Source of the DNA: the human T2T-CHM13v2.0 reference genome, Homo sapiens
DNA: 64,000 nucleotides
NCBI RefSeq assembly: GCF_009914755.1
Contig: NC_060927.1
Reading direction: 5' to 3' (one strand)
Shown here piece by piece: positions 44,110 to 55,935 of this stretch. The notes under the pieces are model-generated. The model was not told the DNA's origin and did no database searches. It saw only the letters and a list, made by a program, of their open reading frames with translations. Each line of letters starts with the position of its first letter. Position 1 is the stretch's first letter. The position numbers and the translations under genes are program-made.

Positions 44110-44395
44110 TTTATATTTCCAAAAAAGATAGTGGAAAGATTTTAAATGTCCACAAAACAAAGAAATGATAAATGATGGATATGCTAATTACCCAGATTTG
44201 ATCACTACACATTGTATACATGCATTGGAATATCACTGTATATCATGTAAATATGGACAATTATTATGTGTCAACTACAAATAAAATACAAATTATAATA
44301 CAAATTATAAAATAATAAATATATTTATTATTTATAAAATAATAAATATATTTATTATTTATAAAATAATAAATAATAAATATAAAATGAAAATA
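44110..44395 (+). mobile_element. L1MA 3' end with expanded AT-rich tail
   Basis: GATGGATATGCTAATTACCCAGATTTGATCA...TATTATGTGTCAA, then AT tandem. Confidence 0.85.
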
Positions 44396-44839
44396 AATGT
44401 GTGTGCTCAGTCTCCTTCCTCACAGAGGTATGAACCCTAGCCTGTGTGACTCTCTGCTAAAGACAGGTTTCACTTCCTCCTCTGTTCACCTTAACAACAA
44501 CCCTGCTGATTCAGAGCTCCATTTCTATCTGCTTTTATTCAGTACCTGCAAGCCAGCTCTCCAAGGCTATTCTTTTATGTGAACTTTTATAATTTGCCAA
44601 AGTAGCTTGTCTAGGATATCCAAGCTATCAGGTGGCATATAAATTGTTGTTTTTGTTATTGCTTTGATTAAAATATTGTGTTGATCTACTCTGATTTTTA
44701 CTAGTCATATAAGCCCTGCTGTTTTCATGTTCAATTTTGTACAACAAAAGATTTTCCAGAAACACATATATTGGGCCACAGCAGAAACATCTAAATCATA
44801 TATAAATATATAATATCTGTCAAGTTATTTTGCCCTATT

Positions 44840-44946
44840 TGCTGGTTTACTGTTTCTTTTCCTGATGAGAAGGCACCTGGGAAAGGGTGCCGCCCAACCC
44901 TGGGAAAAGGTGCCTTCTCATCAGGAAAAAAAACAGTAAACAAGCA
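44840..44946. repeat. Inverted repeat, 39-bp arms (37/39 identical), 29-nt spacer
   Basis: TGCTGGTTTACTGTTTCTTTTCCTGATGAGAAGGCACCT vs AGGTGCCTTCTCATCAGGAAAAAAAACAGTAAACAAGCA. Confidence 0.97.
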
Positions 44947-45159
44947 CATCACCAGTGATCCCAGCACTTAGCACAGCAGAATACATGGTAGAATGGCTAT
45001 AAATTTTGCTATAATAATTGAATTCTTGTGAGTTTAAGGTATGTTAACATATCATGTTTTTAAGTTCTTGGAAATTGGAGCTCATATACTCCATTGGCTT
45101 TCAAATATTTTTGGCCACAGCTCATAGTAGAAAATATATTTTGTTCATCCATCGTATAT

Positions 45160-45242
45160 GAACACACACACATGTATACGCACACACATATACATCTATT
45201 CACACATATATACACACATATATGTTTATATACATACATATA
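45160..45242. repeat. (CA/TA)n low-complexity tract
   Basis: Directly visible. Confidence 0.85.
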
Positions 45243-45329
45243 AACTGAAATTCTTTCTGTGAAATTCTTAAAGCCAGAAATTTACCTTCACTATTTATGA
45301 GTGGTCTCAAGGGGAGAGGAGATGAGCTT

Positions 45330-45650
45330 TCATTAGATATGCTGAGTTCAAAGTTACGGGTGGATGTCCTAATTGACATTTCCAGCAGGCAATTGATGAA
45401 GCATTTGAATTGGGACAATACGCATTACAGTCTAATCTGTAAGAATTGATGAGATCTCAGAGGGTGAGAGCAGAGAAAGGAAAGAGCAGAGGCATGGCAA
45501 GTGAAACTTGAGAAATATTTATGTCTAGGACTGGGGGTAGAAAGAGGAGCCACCAAGGATCCCCAGAGGCACCATCAAGAGGTAGAAGAAGGCAAGGCAA
45601 TGTGGCTTGTAGGGAAACATTTTAGAGAAGAGGAGAAATTGGCAGTATCA
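45330..45650 (-). mobile_element. L2 fragment
   Basis: GATATGCTGAGTT...CCAGCAGGCAATTG...GATGAGATCTCAGAGGG. Confidence 0.6.
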
Positions 45651-45959
45651 GGTATTTATTAATTCAACACTTATTGAGCATATAAACTCCATCGAAGCAG
45701 GGCATTTGTTTTCTTCACTGTTCAGTCAACTGAAAGAAAATGTCCAGCACATAGTACATACTCTCTCTTGTCTCTGCCAGCCTGTCTCTGTCTCTTTCTC
45801 ACATATACACTTTAATATTTATTTTAAATGAAAGAAAAAATTGAATGCCCCTTTCAGTTTGACACCACACTAGACACATAGGAAGTAGAAGTGAATAAGA
45901 AATGTTGCTGCCTTTAAGGTCTTCTCAATCAAGTGGAAAATGAAAATGTCAAGGAGGGT

Positions 45960-46750
45960 GTGCACGTATTAAGCTATGGTCTCTCAGCTCCAAATTCATG
46001 CTTCTATCCTCTACTTGATGATGCCTGGGCTTGAAGTCTGAAAACTACTTTTCTGCCTTTCCATCTGGCTCCCTATTAGGCCATGACTATTGGGGGTTCT
46101 AGAGGAAGACTCAAGGCTGGAAGAGAAGAAAGGACATTCTCCTTCTTTTCTGCTCCTTGTTGCCTTCCAGTAGGATTCATGTCTGCTCCCTGCTCCTAAC
46201 ACGCTCTTTATCAGTATTGCCCCAGCCTTGCTTCTCCACCCAGCAGTGGCAAATAAGTTCATTCCTATGGCAGCTCAGGAATCTAGCTCACATTCTTTTT
46301 AATTCTTGCAGACTCAGCCTTATTGTGCATCTCTCAGAGATATCAGCATTAGTCAGTGTTCCATCCTCAGGGATCTGGGTCACAACCCCATGGGCTCATC
46401 CTCTCTGAGCTCAGAGAACCAGCACAAGCTGAATGATGTTGTCCCCTGAGAAGTCTAAGTTGCAGCTCCAATTTCAGACCTCTGCTCCAAGCTACTAATT
46501 TTTAAAATTTCCAACCTCTTTTTTTTGTTGTTGTTTCCTCAGCTCTACGGGTCATAGCCATTTCCTATAGTTGCAGCCTTCACAATATTTTAATGCTCTC
46601 TTTTTGCCTTTTTAGTTACCCAGCAAACAAATGCATCCTTAAGTTATTTCCGTTAAAATAACTGCAGTGCTGTCTGTGTCTTGATTGGGCCCCGACTAAT
46701 AAAAAAATTGGTAACAGGAGCAATCCTGCAAAATAGATACTCACAGATGA
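45960..46750 (+). mobile_element. ERVL LTR (LTR41/LTR33 family) plus start of internal sequence
   Basis: ATTAAGCTATGGTCTCTCAGCTCCAAA start; ...CCCCGACTAATA end, followed by ATTGGTAACAGGAG (ERVL internal start). Confidence 0.7.
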
Positions 46751-46871
46751 GTCAAAAGACAGGTACTTGGAAAGACAGGAAGTAAGATGTTTCCAAAGTC
46801 AAATGTCAAATTTATAAAAAAAAAAAAAGTGCAGTGAGTTTTGAATTTCTTGATGTGTCTCTTTATGTGTC

Positions 46872-47493
46872 TGCAAGTAAACAGACAACCAACAGAGTGA
46901 GAGAAAGTCTTTGCCATCTATAAATCTGATAAAAGACTAATACCCAGAATCTACAAGGACTCAAATAAATTAGCAAGAAAAAAGCAAAAGATCCCATCAA
47001 AAAGTAGGCTAAGGGCATGAATAGACAATTCTCAAAAGGTACTGTCATACATTTTGATATACAAATGACAAACAAATAAAAAATGCTCACTATCACTAAT
47101 GATCAGATAAATGCAAATCAAAACCACAGTGCGATACCACCTTACTCCTGCAAGAATGGCCATAATCAAAAAATCAAAAAAATAATAAATGTTGATGGGG
47201 ATGCAGTGAACAGGGAACAATTTTACACTGCTGGTGGGAATATAAACTAGTACAACCACTATTGGAAACCAGTGTGGAGATTCCTTAAAGAACTAAAAGT
47301 AGAACTACCATTTGATCCAGCAATCCCACTGCTGAATATTTACCCATAGGGGAAGAAGTCATTATACTAACAAGATACATGCATACACATGTTTATAACA
47401 GCACAATTCGCAATTGCAAAAATATGGAACCAGCCCAAATGTCCATCAATCAAAGTGGATAAAAAAGTCCATCAATCAATATGTGTGTGTGTG

Positions 47494-47526
<33 letters not shown>

Positions 47527-47742
47527 ACACACACACACACACACATATACCATGGAATACTACTCAACCATAAAAAGAAACAAAATAATGGCTCACAGTG
47601 ACCTGGATGGAATTGGAGACCATTATTCTAAGTGAAGTAACTCAGGAATGGTAAACCAAACATCTTATGTTCTCACTTATAAGTGGAAGCTAAACTATGA
47701 GGTTGCAAAGGCATAAGAATGATACAAGGGACTATGAGGACT
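46872..47742 (+). mobile_element. L1PB 3' region containing TG/TA/CA microsatellite (47481-47550)
   Basis: GATACCACCTTACTCCTGCAAGAATGGCCATAATCAAAAAAT; AAGTGAAGTAACTCAGGAATGG. Confidence 0.9.
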
Positions 47743-47744
47743 GA

Positions 47745-48060
47745 TCAATTAAAGTAAAATGATGAGAAAATATATAGTATTAGAACACCCATCAAAGGAA
47801 AACTGAAGTGGCTATGTTAATGTCAGACTAAGCAGACTTTATAATTTAAAATATTTCCAGGAATAAAGAGGAATAATAAAAAAGTGTCATTTCCTAAAGA
47901 AGATACAGCAAACTCAAATGAGCATGCACTTAAAAGCAGAGCTTCAGCATACGTGCAGCAGAAATGAATAAAGCCTAAAAGGAAAAACCAGACAAATCTG
48001 TAATTATAGTTGAAGAGTTCAAGACTGTTTTTTCAGAAGTTAATAGAACAAGTTGACTTT
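47745..48060 (+). mobile_element. Old L1M ORF2 endonuclease-region fragment
   Basis: GTGGCTATGTTAATGTCAGACTAAGCAGACTTT. Confidence 0.65.
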
Positions 48061-48109
48061 TAAAACACTTTATACTTCATTTTGAATAGTTAATATTGTT
48101 GTGCTATCT

Positions 48110-49870
48110 GAAAATTGACAAGTGGTACCTAATTAAATTGAAGATATTCTGTATAGCAAAAGAAACTATCAATGGCATAAACACACAACCTACTGAGTGA
48201 GAGAAAATATTTGTGAACTACACATCCAATAGAAGCCTAGTATCCAGAATCTATTAGGAACTTAAACAATTAATCAAGCAAAAAACCCAAATAATCTCAT
48301 CAATAAATAGGCAAAGGATGTGAGCAGACACTTCTCAAAAGAAGATATACAAGTGGCCGACAAGCACATAAAAAAATGCTCATCATCACTAATCATCAGA
48401 GAAATGCAAATAAACACCAAAATGAGATACCATCTTACAACAATTATATGGCTTTTATTTAAAAGTCAAAAAATAACAGGCATTGGCAGGGCTGTGGAGA
48501 GAAAGGAATTAATATCACTGTTGCTGGGAATGTAAATTAGTTCATCCACTGTGGAGAGCAGTTTGAAGATATCTCAAAGAGCTGAGTCGAACTACCATTC
48601 AACCCAGCAATCTCACTACTGGCTATATACCCAAAGGAAAATAAATCATTCCACAAAAAGGGCATATGCACGCTTATGTTCATTGCAGTACTATTCACAG
48701 TAGCAAAGACATAGAATCAACCCAGGTGCCTATCAGTGGTGGATTGGATAATGAAAATGTGGTACAGATACACCATGGAATACTATGCAGCCATGAAGAT
48801 GAATGAAATTATGTCCTTTGCAGCAACATGGATGCAACTGCAGGCCATTATCCTAAGTGAAGAAACAGAAACAGAAAACAAATACCACATGTGCTTACTT
48901 ATAAATGAGAACTAAACATTGGGTACACATAACATAAAGATGTGAACAATAGATACTGGGGAATAAAAGATGGGGGAGGGAAGGAGTGGGACAAGGGTTG
49001 AAAAACTACCTATTGGGTACTATGCTCACTTCCTGGATGAGGGGTCAATCATACTCCAAACATCAGGCAACATGCCTTTGTAACAAACTTGCACATGGAC
49101 CCCTGCTGCCAGGAAGTGGGGGAATCCTTGGTCTTTAGTCATCTTGGGAGAAAGATTTCAGCCAAGAGACAATTTAGCCAAAACGAATTTATTAAAGGGA
49201 AAGAGCAGAAAGGTTATTTAAAGAGACAGTACACTCTGAAAGATGAGGCAGAGCAGGCTACTGAAACAGAATAAGCCAGCAGCCCCCGAGGGTTCTGCAT
49301 TGGGTTTTTATGATGGTGGATTTTTCCTTGAAGTTCCCAACTCTGTCTTAGGTCTTCAACTTTTTTTTTTTTTTATCTAGTTTTCCCACTTCTGCCTTAA
49401 GTCCCCTCCTTTTTCTTACCTAGTTCCCACCCCAAGCTTGTGGGATCCTCCCTTACTATTAATTGGTTCACATGCATGGCTCCGGTGTTAGATGTGAATT
49501 CTACCTAATGGCTGCATTGCTCATTACCGCCACCCCAGGATGGTTGTATAGAGGTCAAATCTATACTTATTTCATCTGTGTATCTCTTAGGAGTTTCTCC
49601 TTTGTCCTCTTCGTTCTTTATCAGCATGCTGCTAGCTACATTCGGACAGACTGACTGCAGAGTGAGCGATTACTGGGCATCTTACAGGGCGTTCCTTCCT
49701 GCATAGGTATTTCCTCTGCTCTCTGCTCATATCTAGCATGCATATTTCTGGAGATCACTGAGGTGTGAGATTTTCCAGACCCCCTTTTTCTCAGGGGCTC
49801 ATGTCTAGGTATCCAGTCTGCCTACTCTAATACCCCCAGAATTTAAAATAAAAGGTGAAAAAGAAAAAAA
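48110..49870 (+). mobile_element. L1PA15-17-like 3' region, split by an ERV1 LTR
   Basis: ORF2 C-terminal remnants (ORF 48320-48535, [11 protein letters not shown]...) and 3' UTR; resumes at 49833. Confidence 0.9.
49104..49832 (-). mobile_element. ERV1-class solo LTR (MER83/MER84/LTR36-like)
   Basis: TG...CTGCCTACTCTAATA termini; 4-bp TSD CCCC; interrupts L1 3' UTR. Confidence 0.75.
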
Positions 49871-50226
49871 GAATTAACTTACAAATTACAAAACAATTAC
49901 GGTTATAGAAAATAAATGATATCACCCTTGAAAATGTAAAAGTAAAAATGACAAAAACTGAAGGTGAAAGGAGAAGAGAAGAAACTGTGGGGTACTATCT
50001 ATGTGACTGCATTTGCCATTATCCCCTCATTTATGTCCCATATTTCATTCATACTGAATTCTCTGAATGGCCTGTTTGCACATGCATTGATTGGAATACA
50101 CTCTCTCATTAGTCTCCATTCTCTTCAGAAGCAAATAAAGACAGTGCCCATCCAAACACTAACAAATGGGAAAATCTATAGACAAAGGATTTCAAGCATA
50201 CCAGGACCATTAAACATGATTAAATC

Positions 50227-50529
50227 GGCCGGGCGCTGTGGCTCACGCCTGTAATCCCAGCACTTTGGGAGGCCGAGGCGGGTGGATCACGAGGTCAGGA
50301 GATCGAGACCATCCTGGCTAACACGGTGAAACCCCGTCTCTACTAAAAATACAAAAAATTAGCCAGGCGTGGTGCGGGCGCCTGTAGTCCCAGCTACTCC
50401 GGGAGGCTGAGGCAGGAGAATGGCGTGAACCCGGGGGGCGGAGCTTGCAGTGAGCCGAGATCGCGCCACTGCACTCCAGCCTGGGCGACAGAGCGAGACT
50501 CCATCTCAAAAAAAAAAAAAAAAAAAAAA
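50227..50529 (+). mobile_element. AluY (young)
   Basis: Near-consensus and CpG-rich; perfect 15-bp TSD AAACATGATTAAATC at 50212-50226 and 50530-50544. Confidence 0.98.
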
Positions 50530-50631
50530 AAACATGATTAAATCCTTCATTGTGAGATAGAGAATCAAGGTATGTTAACCAAAAACCATTAAATATTTAC
50601 AAAACTTCCCTTGTTCGAATTCCTTGTCAAG

Positions 50632-50785
50632 TGCAGTATTTCAAAGTTTGTCCCCAAATTATTTGATACTTCTCTCTTCAAAGTTAAATCTACTTATTCT
50701 GTGAATGTGAGCTGGACTTGGTGGCTAGTGAACAAAGTATTTTGGAAGTAATGCTAAGTGACTTCCAAGGATAGTCATAGGATGT
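50632..50785 (+). mobile_element. MLT1 LTR 5' fragment
   Basis: CCCCAAATTATTTGATACTTC...GAAGTAATGCTAAGTGACTTCCAAGG. Confidence 0.55.
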
Positions 50786-50836
50786 GACTTCCAAAATCGA
50801 TTCTTCATAGAAAGACCCAAAGTCACAAAAGGCTTC

Positions 50837-51500
50837 AAAGTATACCTCAGTGTGATGGTTAATACTGAGTGTCACCTTGATTGGATTGAAGAATGCAAAG
50901 TATTGTTCCTGGGTGTGTCTGTGAGGGTGTTACCAAAGGTGGTTAACATTTGAGTCAGTGGACTGGGAAGGGTAGACCCACTCTCAATTTGGGTGGGAAC
51001 AATCTAATCAGCTGCCAGCGTGGCCAGAAATAAAAGCAGGCAGAAGAACGTGAAAAGACTAGATTGCTTTAGTCTTCCAGGCTACATCTTTCTCCCATGC
51101 TAGATGCTTCCTGCCCTCAATCATTGGACTCCAAGTTCTTCAGCTCTGGAACTCGGATTGGCTTGCACAGACAGCCTATTGTGGGAGGTTGCCTTGTGAT
51201 TGTGTGACTCAATACTCCTTAATACACTCCCCTTTATACGTACAACTACCCTATTAGTTCTGTCCCTCTAGAGAACCCTAATACACTTGGCGGTATTGTG
51301 AGTCTGGGTCCAGACTACTGCAATAAAACAAATGACTGCAATCAAGCGAGTCATATGAATAGTTTGGTTTCCCAGTGCATAAAGCTATATTTACACTATA
51401 TTGTAGTGTATTAAGAATGCAATAGCATTATGTCTAAAACAGCAATGTAAATACCCTAATTGAAAACACTTTATTGCTAAAAAATGCTAATAATCATCTC
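50837..51500. mobile_element. Tigger1 terminal fragment, split by MLT2A
   Basis: ATACCTCAG | ...GTCCAGACTACTGCAATAAA...GGTTTCCCAGTGCATA...GCAATAGCATTATGTCTAAAA matches the recalled Tigger1 end. Confidence 0.8.
50851..51285 (+). mobile_element. MLT2A (HERVL) solo LTR
   Basis: TGTGATGGTTAATACTGAGTGTCA...TGATTGGATTGAAG...GAGAACCCTAATACA. Confidence 0.93.
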
Positions 51501-51539
51501 AAAATATTAGTTTTCAATTTCACTTGAATTCTTACTACC

Positions 51540-52090
51540 CAGTAAGAATATTGACGACTTGAACAGTACTATCAACCAGCTGTACCCAATTAATATTTAT
51601 AGAATATTTCACTCAACTATAAGATAATTCACATTTTAAAAAAATCAGCTTTTCTGAGTTCCACTTTGATGTTAATAGAATCTTTCTTATGCTTACTGTT
51701 CAAACGGCTTAACTTTTTTTATCCTTGGACTTTCAGGCATCTAGTTCTTTATATTTAAAGTGCAATTATTTTAGACAGCACATAGCTCTCACTTTTTAAT
51801 ATTATCTTATGATCGTCACCTCTTTGAAGGTGTGTGTATCTTATTTGTGTTTAATATAATTAATATTATGATTGGCATTTGCCTAACTTTTTTTCTCTTT
51901 CTTTTCTATTTGTCCCATCTATTCTTAGTTCATCTTTCTATTTCCTTCTTTCTTTTTGGGTTAACTATTTTTAAGTATTCTACTCAATCCCTTTATTAGC
52001 ATTTTAGCTCTAGATGTTTGCATATTGTTAGAGGTTTCTGCTGTGATTACAATATAAATCTATAATATTTTACAGTTCACTTAAATGTAA
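51540..52090. mobile_element. Decayed L1M fragments (+ then -)
   Basis: GACTTGAACAGTACTATCAACCA on +; TTAAAGTGCAATTATTTTAGACAGCA on -. Confidence 0.55.
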
Positions 52091-52175
52091 TATATGTGTA
52101 TACACTTAAATGTAATACATATACACACACACACACATACATGGGTGAGTACAGAGGTTCTCTTTTTTATACATG

Positions 52176-52433
52176 TGGGGATGGGTCTTATGGGAGAACA
52201 AACATTGAGCTAACTCCTTTCTCACCCAAGTTTTCTTTGAGAAACCAAACTTAAAATTATTAAGTCATAAAAATAATTTCTTGGCTTTCATAACTGAAGA
52301 GTTCATTCAGTCATGGCTGGATTCAAGAGCTTTTATGACTTCATCACACGCTGAACTTGGTCACTCATTCTATGTCTTGGCTTTGATTTTCGTCTGTCTG
52401 CTTCAGACTCAGGCATATGTACAGCTGCATCGC
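52176..52433. repeat. Left arm of long inverted duplication (partner 54778-55034)
   Basis: Reverse-complement match over ~257 bp; also visible as similar peptides in ORFs 52281+ and 54610- (HSFYVLAL...VQLH). Confidence 0.92.
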
Positions 52434-52465
52434 TATCATATATATATAATAAATAATAAAACCTA

Positions 52466-54515
52466 TGTACTCACTCAATAGGTTCATCTTGGCTGCTACC
52501 CAGAAAAGTTGATGCACTGATAGCAGCAGGTTTTTGCAAAAAGAAATTTAAACAATGCAGAGCCAGCTAAGTGGAAGAACAGGAGTTTTATTATTACTCA
52601 AATCAGCCTCCCTGAAAATTCAGAGCTAGAGTTTTTGAAGGATAGTTTGGCAAGAAGGGGGCTAGGGAATGGAGAATGCTGATTGTTTCTGTTGGAGAAG
52701 AAATCATGGGAAGTCAGAGCCTGTTTTCTTGTGCTGAGTCAGTTCCTGGGTGGGGGCTACAAGACCAGATGAGCCAGTTCAACTGTCTGGGTGCTGCCAG
52801 CTGGTCCATCAGAAAGGAGGGTCTCAAAAATACTTCAAACATCAATCTTAGGTTTTACAATTGTGATGTTATCTATAGGAGCAATTGGGGAGCTCAGGAA
52901 TCTTGTGACCTCTGGCTGCATGACTCCCCTGCACCATTTATAATCTTGTGGCTAATTTGCTAGTTTTACAAAGGTGGTCTTGTCCACAAGCAAGGAAGGG
53001 CTTTGTTTCAGGAAGGGGCTGTTATCATCTTTGTTTCTTTTGCTTTTTTAGAAGAATGTCAACTTTTATTTTACATTCGGGGGTACCTGTGCAGGTTTGT
53101 TACATAGGTATATTGTATGATGCTGAAATTTGGGGTACAGTTGTACCTGTCACCCAGGAAGTGAGCATAGTACCCAACAGTTAGATTTTCCACCCTTCCC
53201 CACTTCCTCTTCTAGTGCTCTTCAGCGTCTGTTATTGCCATCTTTATGTCCATGAGTACCCAGTGTTTAGCTCCCACTTATAAGTGAGAACATGCAGTAT
53301 TTTGTTTTCTGTTCTCGTGTTAATTAATTTAGGATAATGGCCTTCAGCTGCATCCATATTGCTGCTAAGGACATTATTTCTTTCTGTTTATGGCTGTTTA
53401 GTATTCCACCATGCATACGTACAATATTTTATTTTTCTTATCCACCATTGATGAGCACCTAGATTGATTCCTTTTTTTTTTTTTTTTTTTTGCTATTGTG
53501 AATAGTGCCATGATGAACATACAAGTGCATGTGTCTTTTGGGTAGAGTGATTTCTTTTCTTTTGGATATGCACTCAGCAATGGGATTGGTGAGTCAAATG
53601 GTAGTTCTGTTTTAAGTTCTTTGAGAAATGTCCAAACTGCTTCCCACAGTGGCTGAACTAATTTGTGTTCCCACCAACAGTGTATAAGCATTCCTTTTTC
53701 TCTGCATCCTCATCAGCATCTGTTGTTTTTCTACTTTTTAATGATAGCCATTCTGACAGGTATGAGATGGCATTTCATTTGGGTTTTGGCTTGCATTTCT
53801 CTGGTGATTAGAGATGTTGAGCAGTTTCTCATGTTTGTTGGTCACTTGTATGTCTCCTTTTGAGAAGTGTCTGTTCATGTCCTTTGCCCACTTTTTAATG
53901 GGGTTGTTTTTCGCTTATTCAACTGATTAATATTCTTATAGATTCTGGATATTATGCATTTATCAGATGCTTAGTTTGTGAATATTTTCTCTCTTTCTGT
54001 AGCTTGTCTATTTACATTGTTGATCTTTTCTTTTGTTCTGCAGAAACTCTTTAGTTTAATTAGTTCCCACTTGTCAATTTTTGGGTTTATTACCATTTTT
54101 TGGAAGACTTACCATAAATTCTTTCCCAAGGCTGACATCCAGAATGGTATTTTCTATATTTTCTTCCAGGATTCTTACAGTTTGAGGTTTTATGTTTAAA
54201 TCTTTAATTCATCATGAGTTAATTTTAGCTAGCAAAGATTGTCTTATGTAGAAGAAACCTCACAAGTAGCAGCCCTCAGAGAGAATGGATGGTAAATTTT
54301 CTTTCATACCTTTAAAGGTGTCAGACTCTTATTTAATCTTTCCTGGATTTGGACAAGAGAAGGACTGGCTGCATTAAGGCAAATTCTCTACAGATGTAAA
54401 TCTCCTCCACAAAAGACAGCTTTGCAAGGCAACTTCTGTTTGCTGGCCCCGATAGCCGTCTCAAAATATGTCAAAGAATTATACTGTGGAGTGAAATATG
54501 TTTATTTCGTTCACA
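52466..54515 (-). mobile_element. MER4-group (MER4D/E-like) ERV1 LTR, split by L1
   Basis: TTTTATTATTACTCAAATCAGCCTCCC; CAAAATATGTCAAAGAA...TTCACA end; TSD CCTA/TCTA. Confidence 0.85.
53040..54227 (-). mobile_element. L1PA15/16-like 3' region
   Basis: GGGGTACCTGTGCAGGTTTGTTACATAGG; ORF 53398-53691 is an ORF2 C-terminal remnant (HCWW...QPLW...LPFD). Confidence 0.92.
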
Positions 54516-54569
54516 TCTACTTATTAATTTTGTGGTAATATTCGCCAAGTTTCTCTTTTATTATTAGGA

Positions 54570-54975
54570 AGCAGGGTTTTCTCATTTCACAAGGAGGGGC
54601 AGGATTTATTCACCCTTGGTGCATCGGTAAAACAAGATACAATCCTATTTGGTCAGTATGTTCCATTTCTATTGCTTTTGGTTCAGGGTTGGGAATGTGA
54701 AACAAGGCAGGTAAAGCAGAGGTCATCTCGGTACATTTTTTTGACATGCCTGTGAAAGAGAAGCTCTTCTGTGGCTGGTGATGCAGCTGTACATGTGCCT
54801 GAGCCTGAAGCAGACAAATGAAACTCAAAGCCAGGACATAGAAGGAGTGACTAAGTTCAGGTCCCAGTGACATCATGCAAGGTCTTGAATCCAGCCACGA
54901 CTGAATAAACTTTTCAGTTATGAAAGCCGAGAAATTTGTTGTATGGCTTAATAATTTTAAGTTCAGTTTCTCAAA
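54570..54975 (+). mobile_element. Old MLT1 (K/L-like) LTR; 3' part lies in the right arm of the inverted duplication
   Basis: CTTGAATCCAGCCA...CTTTTCAGTTATGAAAGCC...AAATT is typical of late MLT1 3' ends. Confidence 0.55.
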
Positions 54976-55034
54976 GAAAACTTGGGTGAGAAAAAACTAG
55001 CACAATGCCTGTTCTCCCACACCACCTGTCCCCA
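54778..55034. repeat. Right arm of long inverted duplication (partner 52176-52433)
   Basis: e.g. TTTCTCAAAGAAAACTTGGGTGAGAAA is the exact reverse complement of TTTCTCACCCAAGTTTTCTTTGAGAAA. Confidence 0.92.
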
Positions 55035-55559
55035 ACCCTGCTATTCCTAGTTCATGAGCTCTGGCCCTTTGAGAGCTTAGCATGGTCACTGCTGAATGAT
55101 GGCTCAGTCACCAGCAGGAGAGACAGTCCTCCAAAGAGTACTTGGCCTGTGGGCAACAGATTAAAATAAAAAATAAATTGTGATGCGAACACGTCTCATG
55201 AGAACTCTTAGAAATAGCAGGAAAGATGCTGAGAGGGGGCTGATGGCTAATGATCACATAGGCAGAGCTAAATACTCTGGGAATCTGAGCATTGGTGCTA
55301 TATGACCTCAGTTGTATTGAATAACAGTTCACCTGGAATATTTGAGTTACCTAAACCATAGGGTGTAGTCAGCAAGAGGCAAAGTTAGAATCGTCATTCT
55401 AAAGAGTGAGAATAGTGTTGACAGACAAAAGCATGAGAAAACATGATGTATGTGGGTAATAGCATATTGTTGGGTATGAACAGAGCAATGAGATTATGCT
55501 TTTAGGGGAAGAGGGTGTAACATTAGAGATAGATGGAGCTAGCTCATTTTTTGTTTATT

Positions 55560-55935
55560 AAATATTAATGCCTACACTGCACTCTTTAGCCTGATATCCA
55601 AGATCCATTTTCATATCATGTCTCCCCTTCAAACTTCTCTACATCCAAACTCTTCTTTCTCCACTGAGCTGATGTATTTCTTCCTTCCAGTTTTTGCTCA
55701 AAACTATTCTCCCCACCTGGACTATCCTCCTCTGGCAGTTGCACCCATTCCATTTGCCAGATGCTAGTGATGAATTGCTTTGCATAATAATTTATCTATT
55801 TAAAGTGCATCCACATTATCTTACCAAAATAAGCTGTAAGTTCACTGAGGGGCAAAGGAGAGAACATTATGCTCCTCACTTTCTACCTCTCAACAGAGCT
55901 GACTTAGTCCAGAGAATGTAGTTTCCAATAAGCAA
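55560..55935 (+). mobile_element. L2 fragment
   Basis: CTTTAGCCTGATATCCAAG; CTGTAAGTTCACTGAGGGGCAAAG. Confidence 0.55.

Noticed and set aside
48110-54227. Opposite-strand L1PA15/16-like pair as part of the inverted duplication
   Set aside because: Similarity appears to be only at family level, and the second copy is nested in the MER4-type LTR; independent insertions
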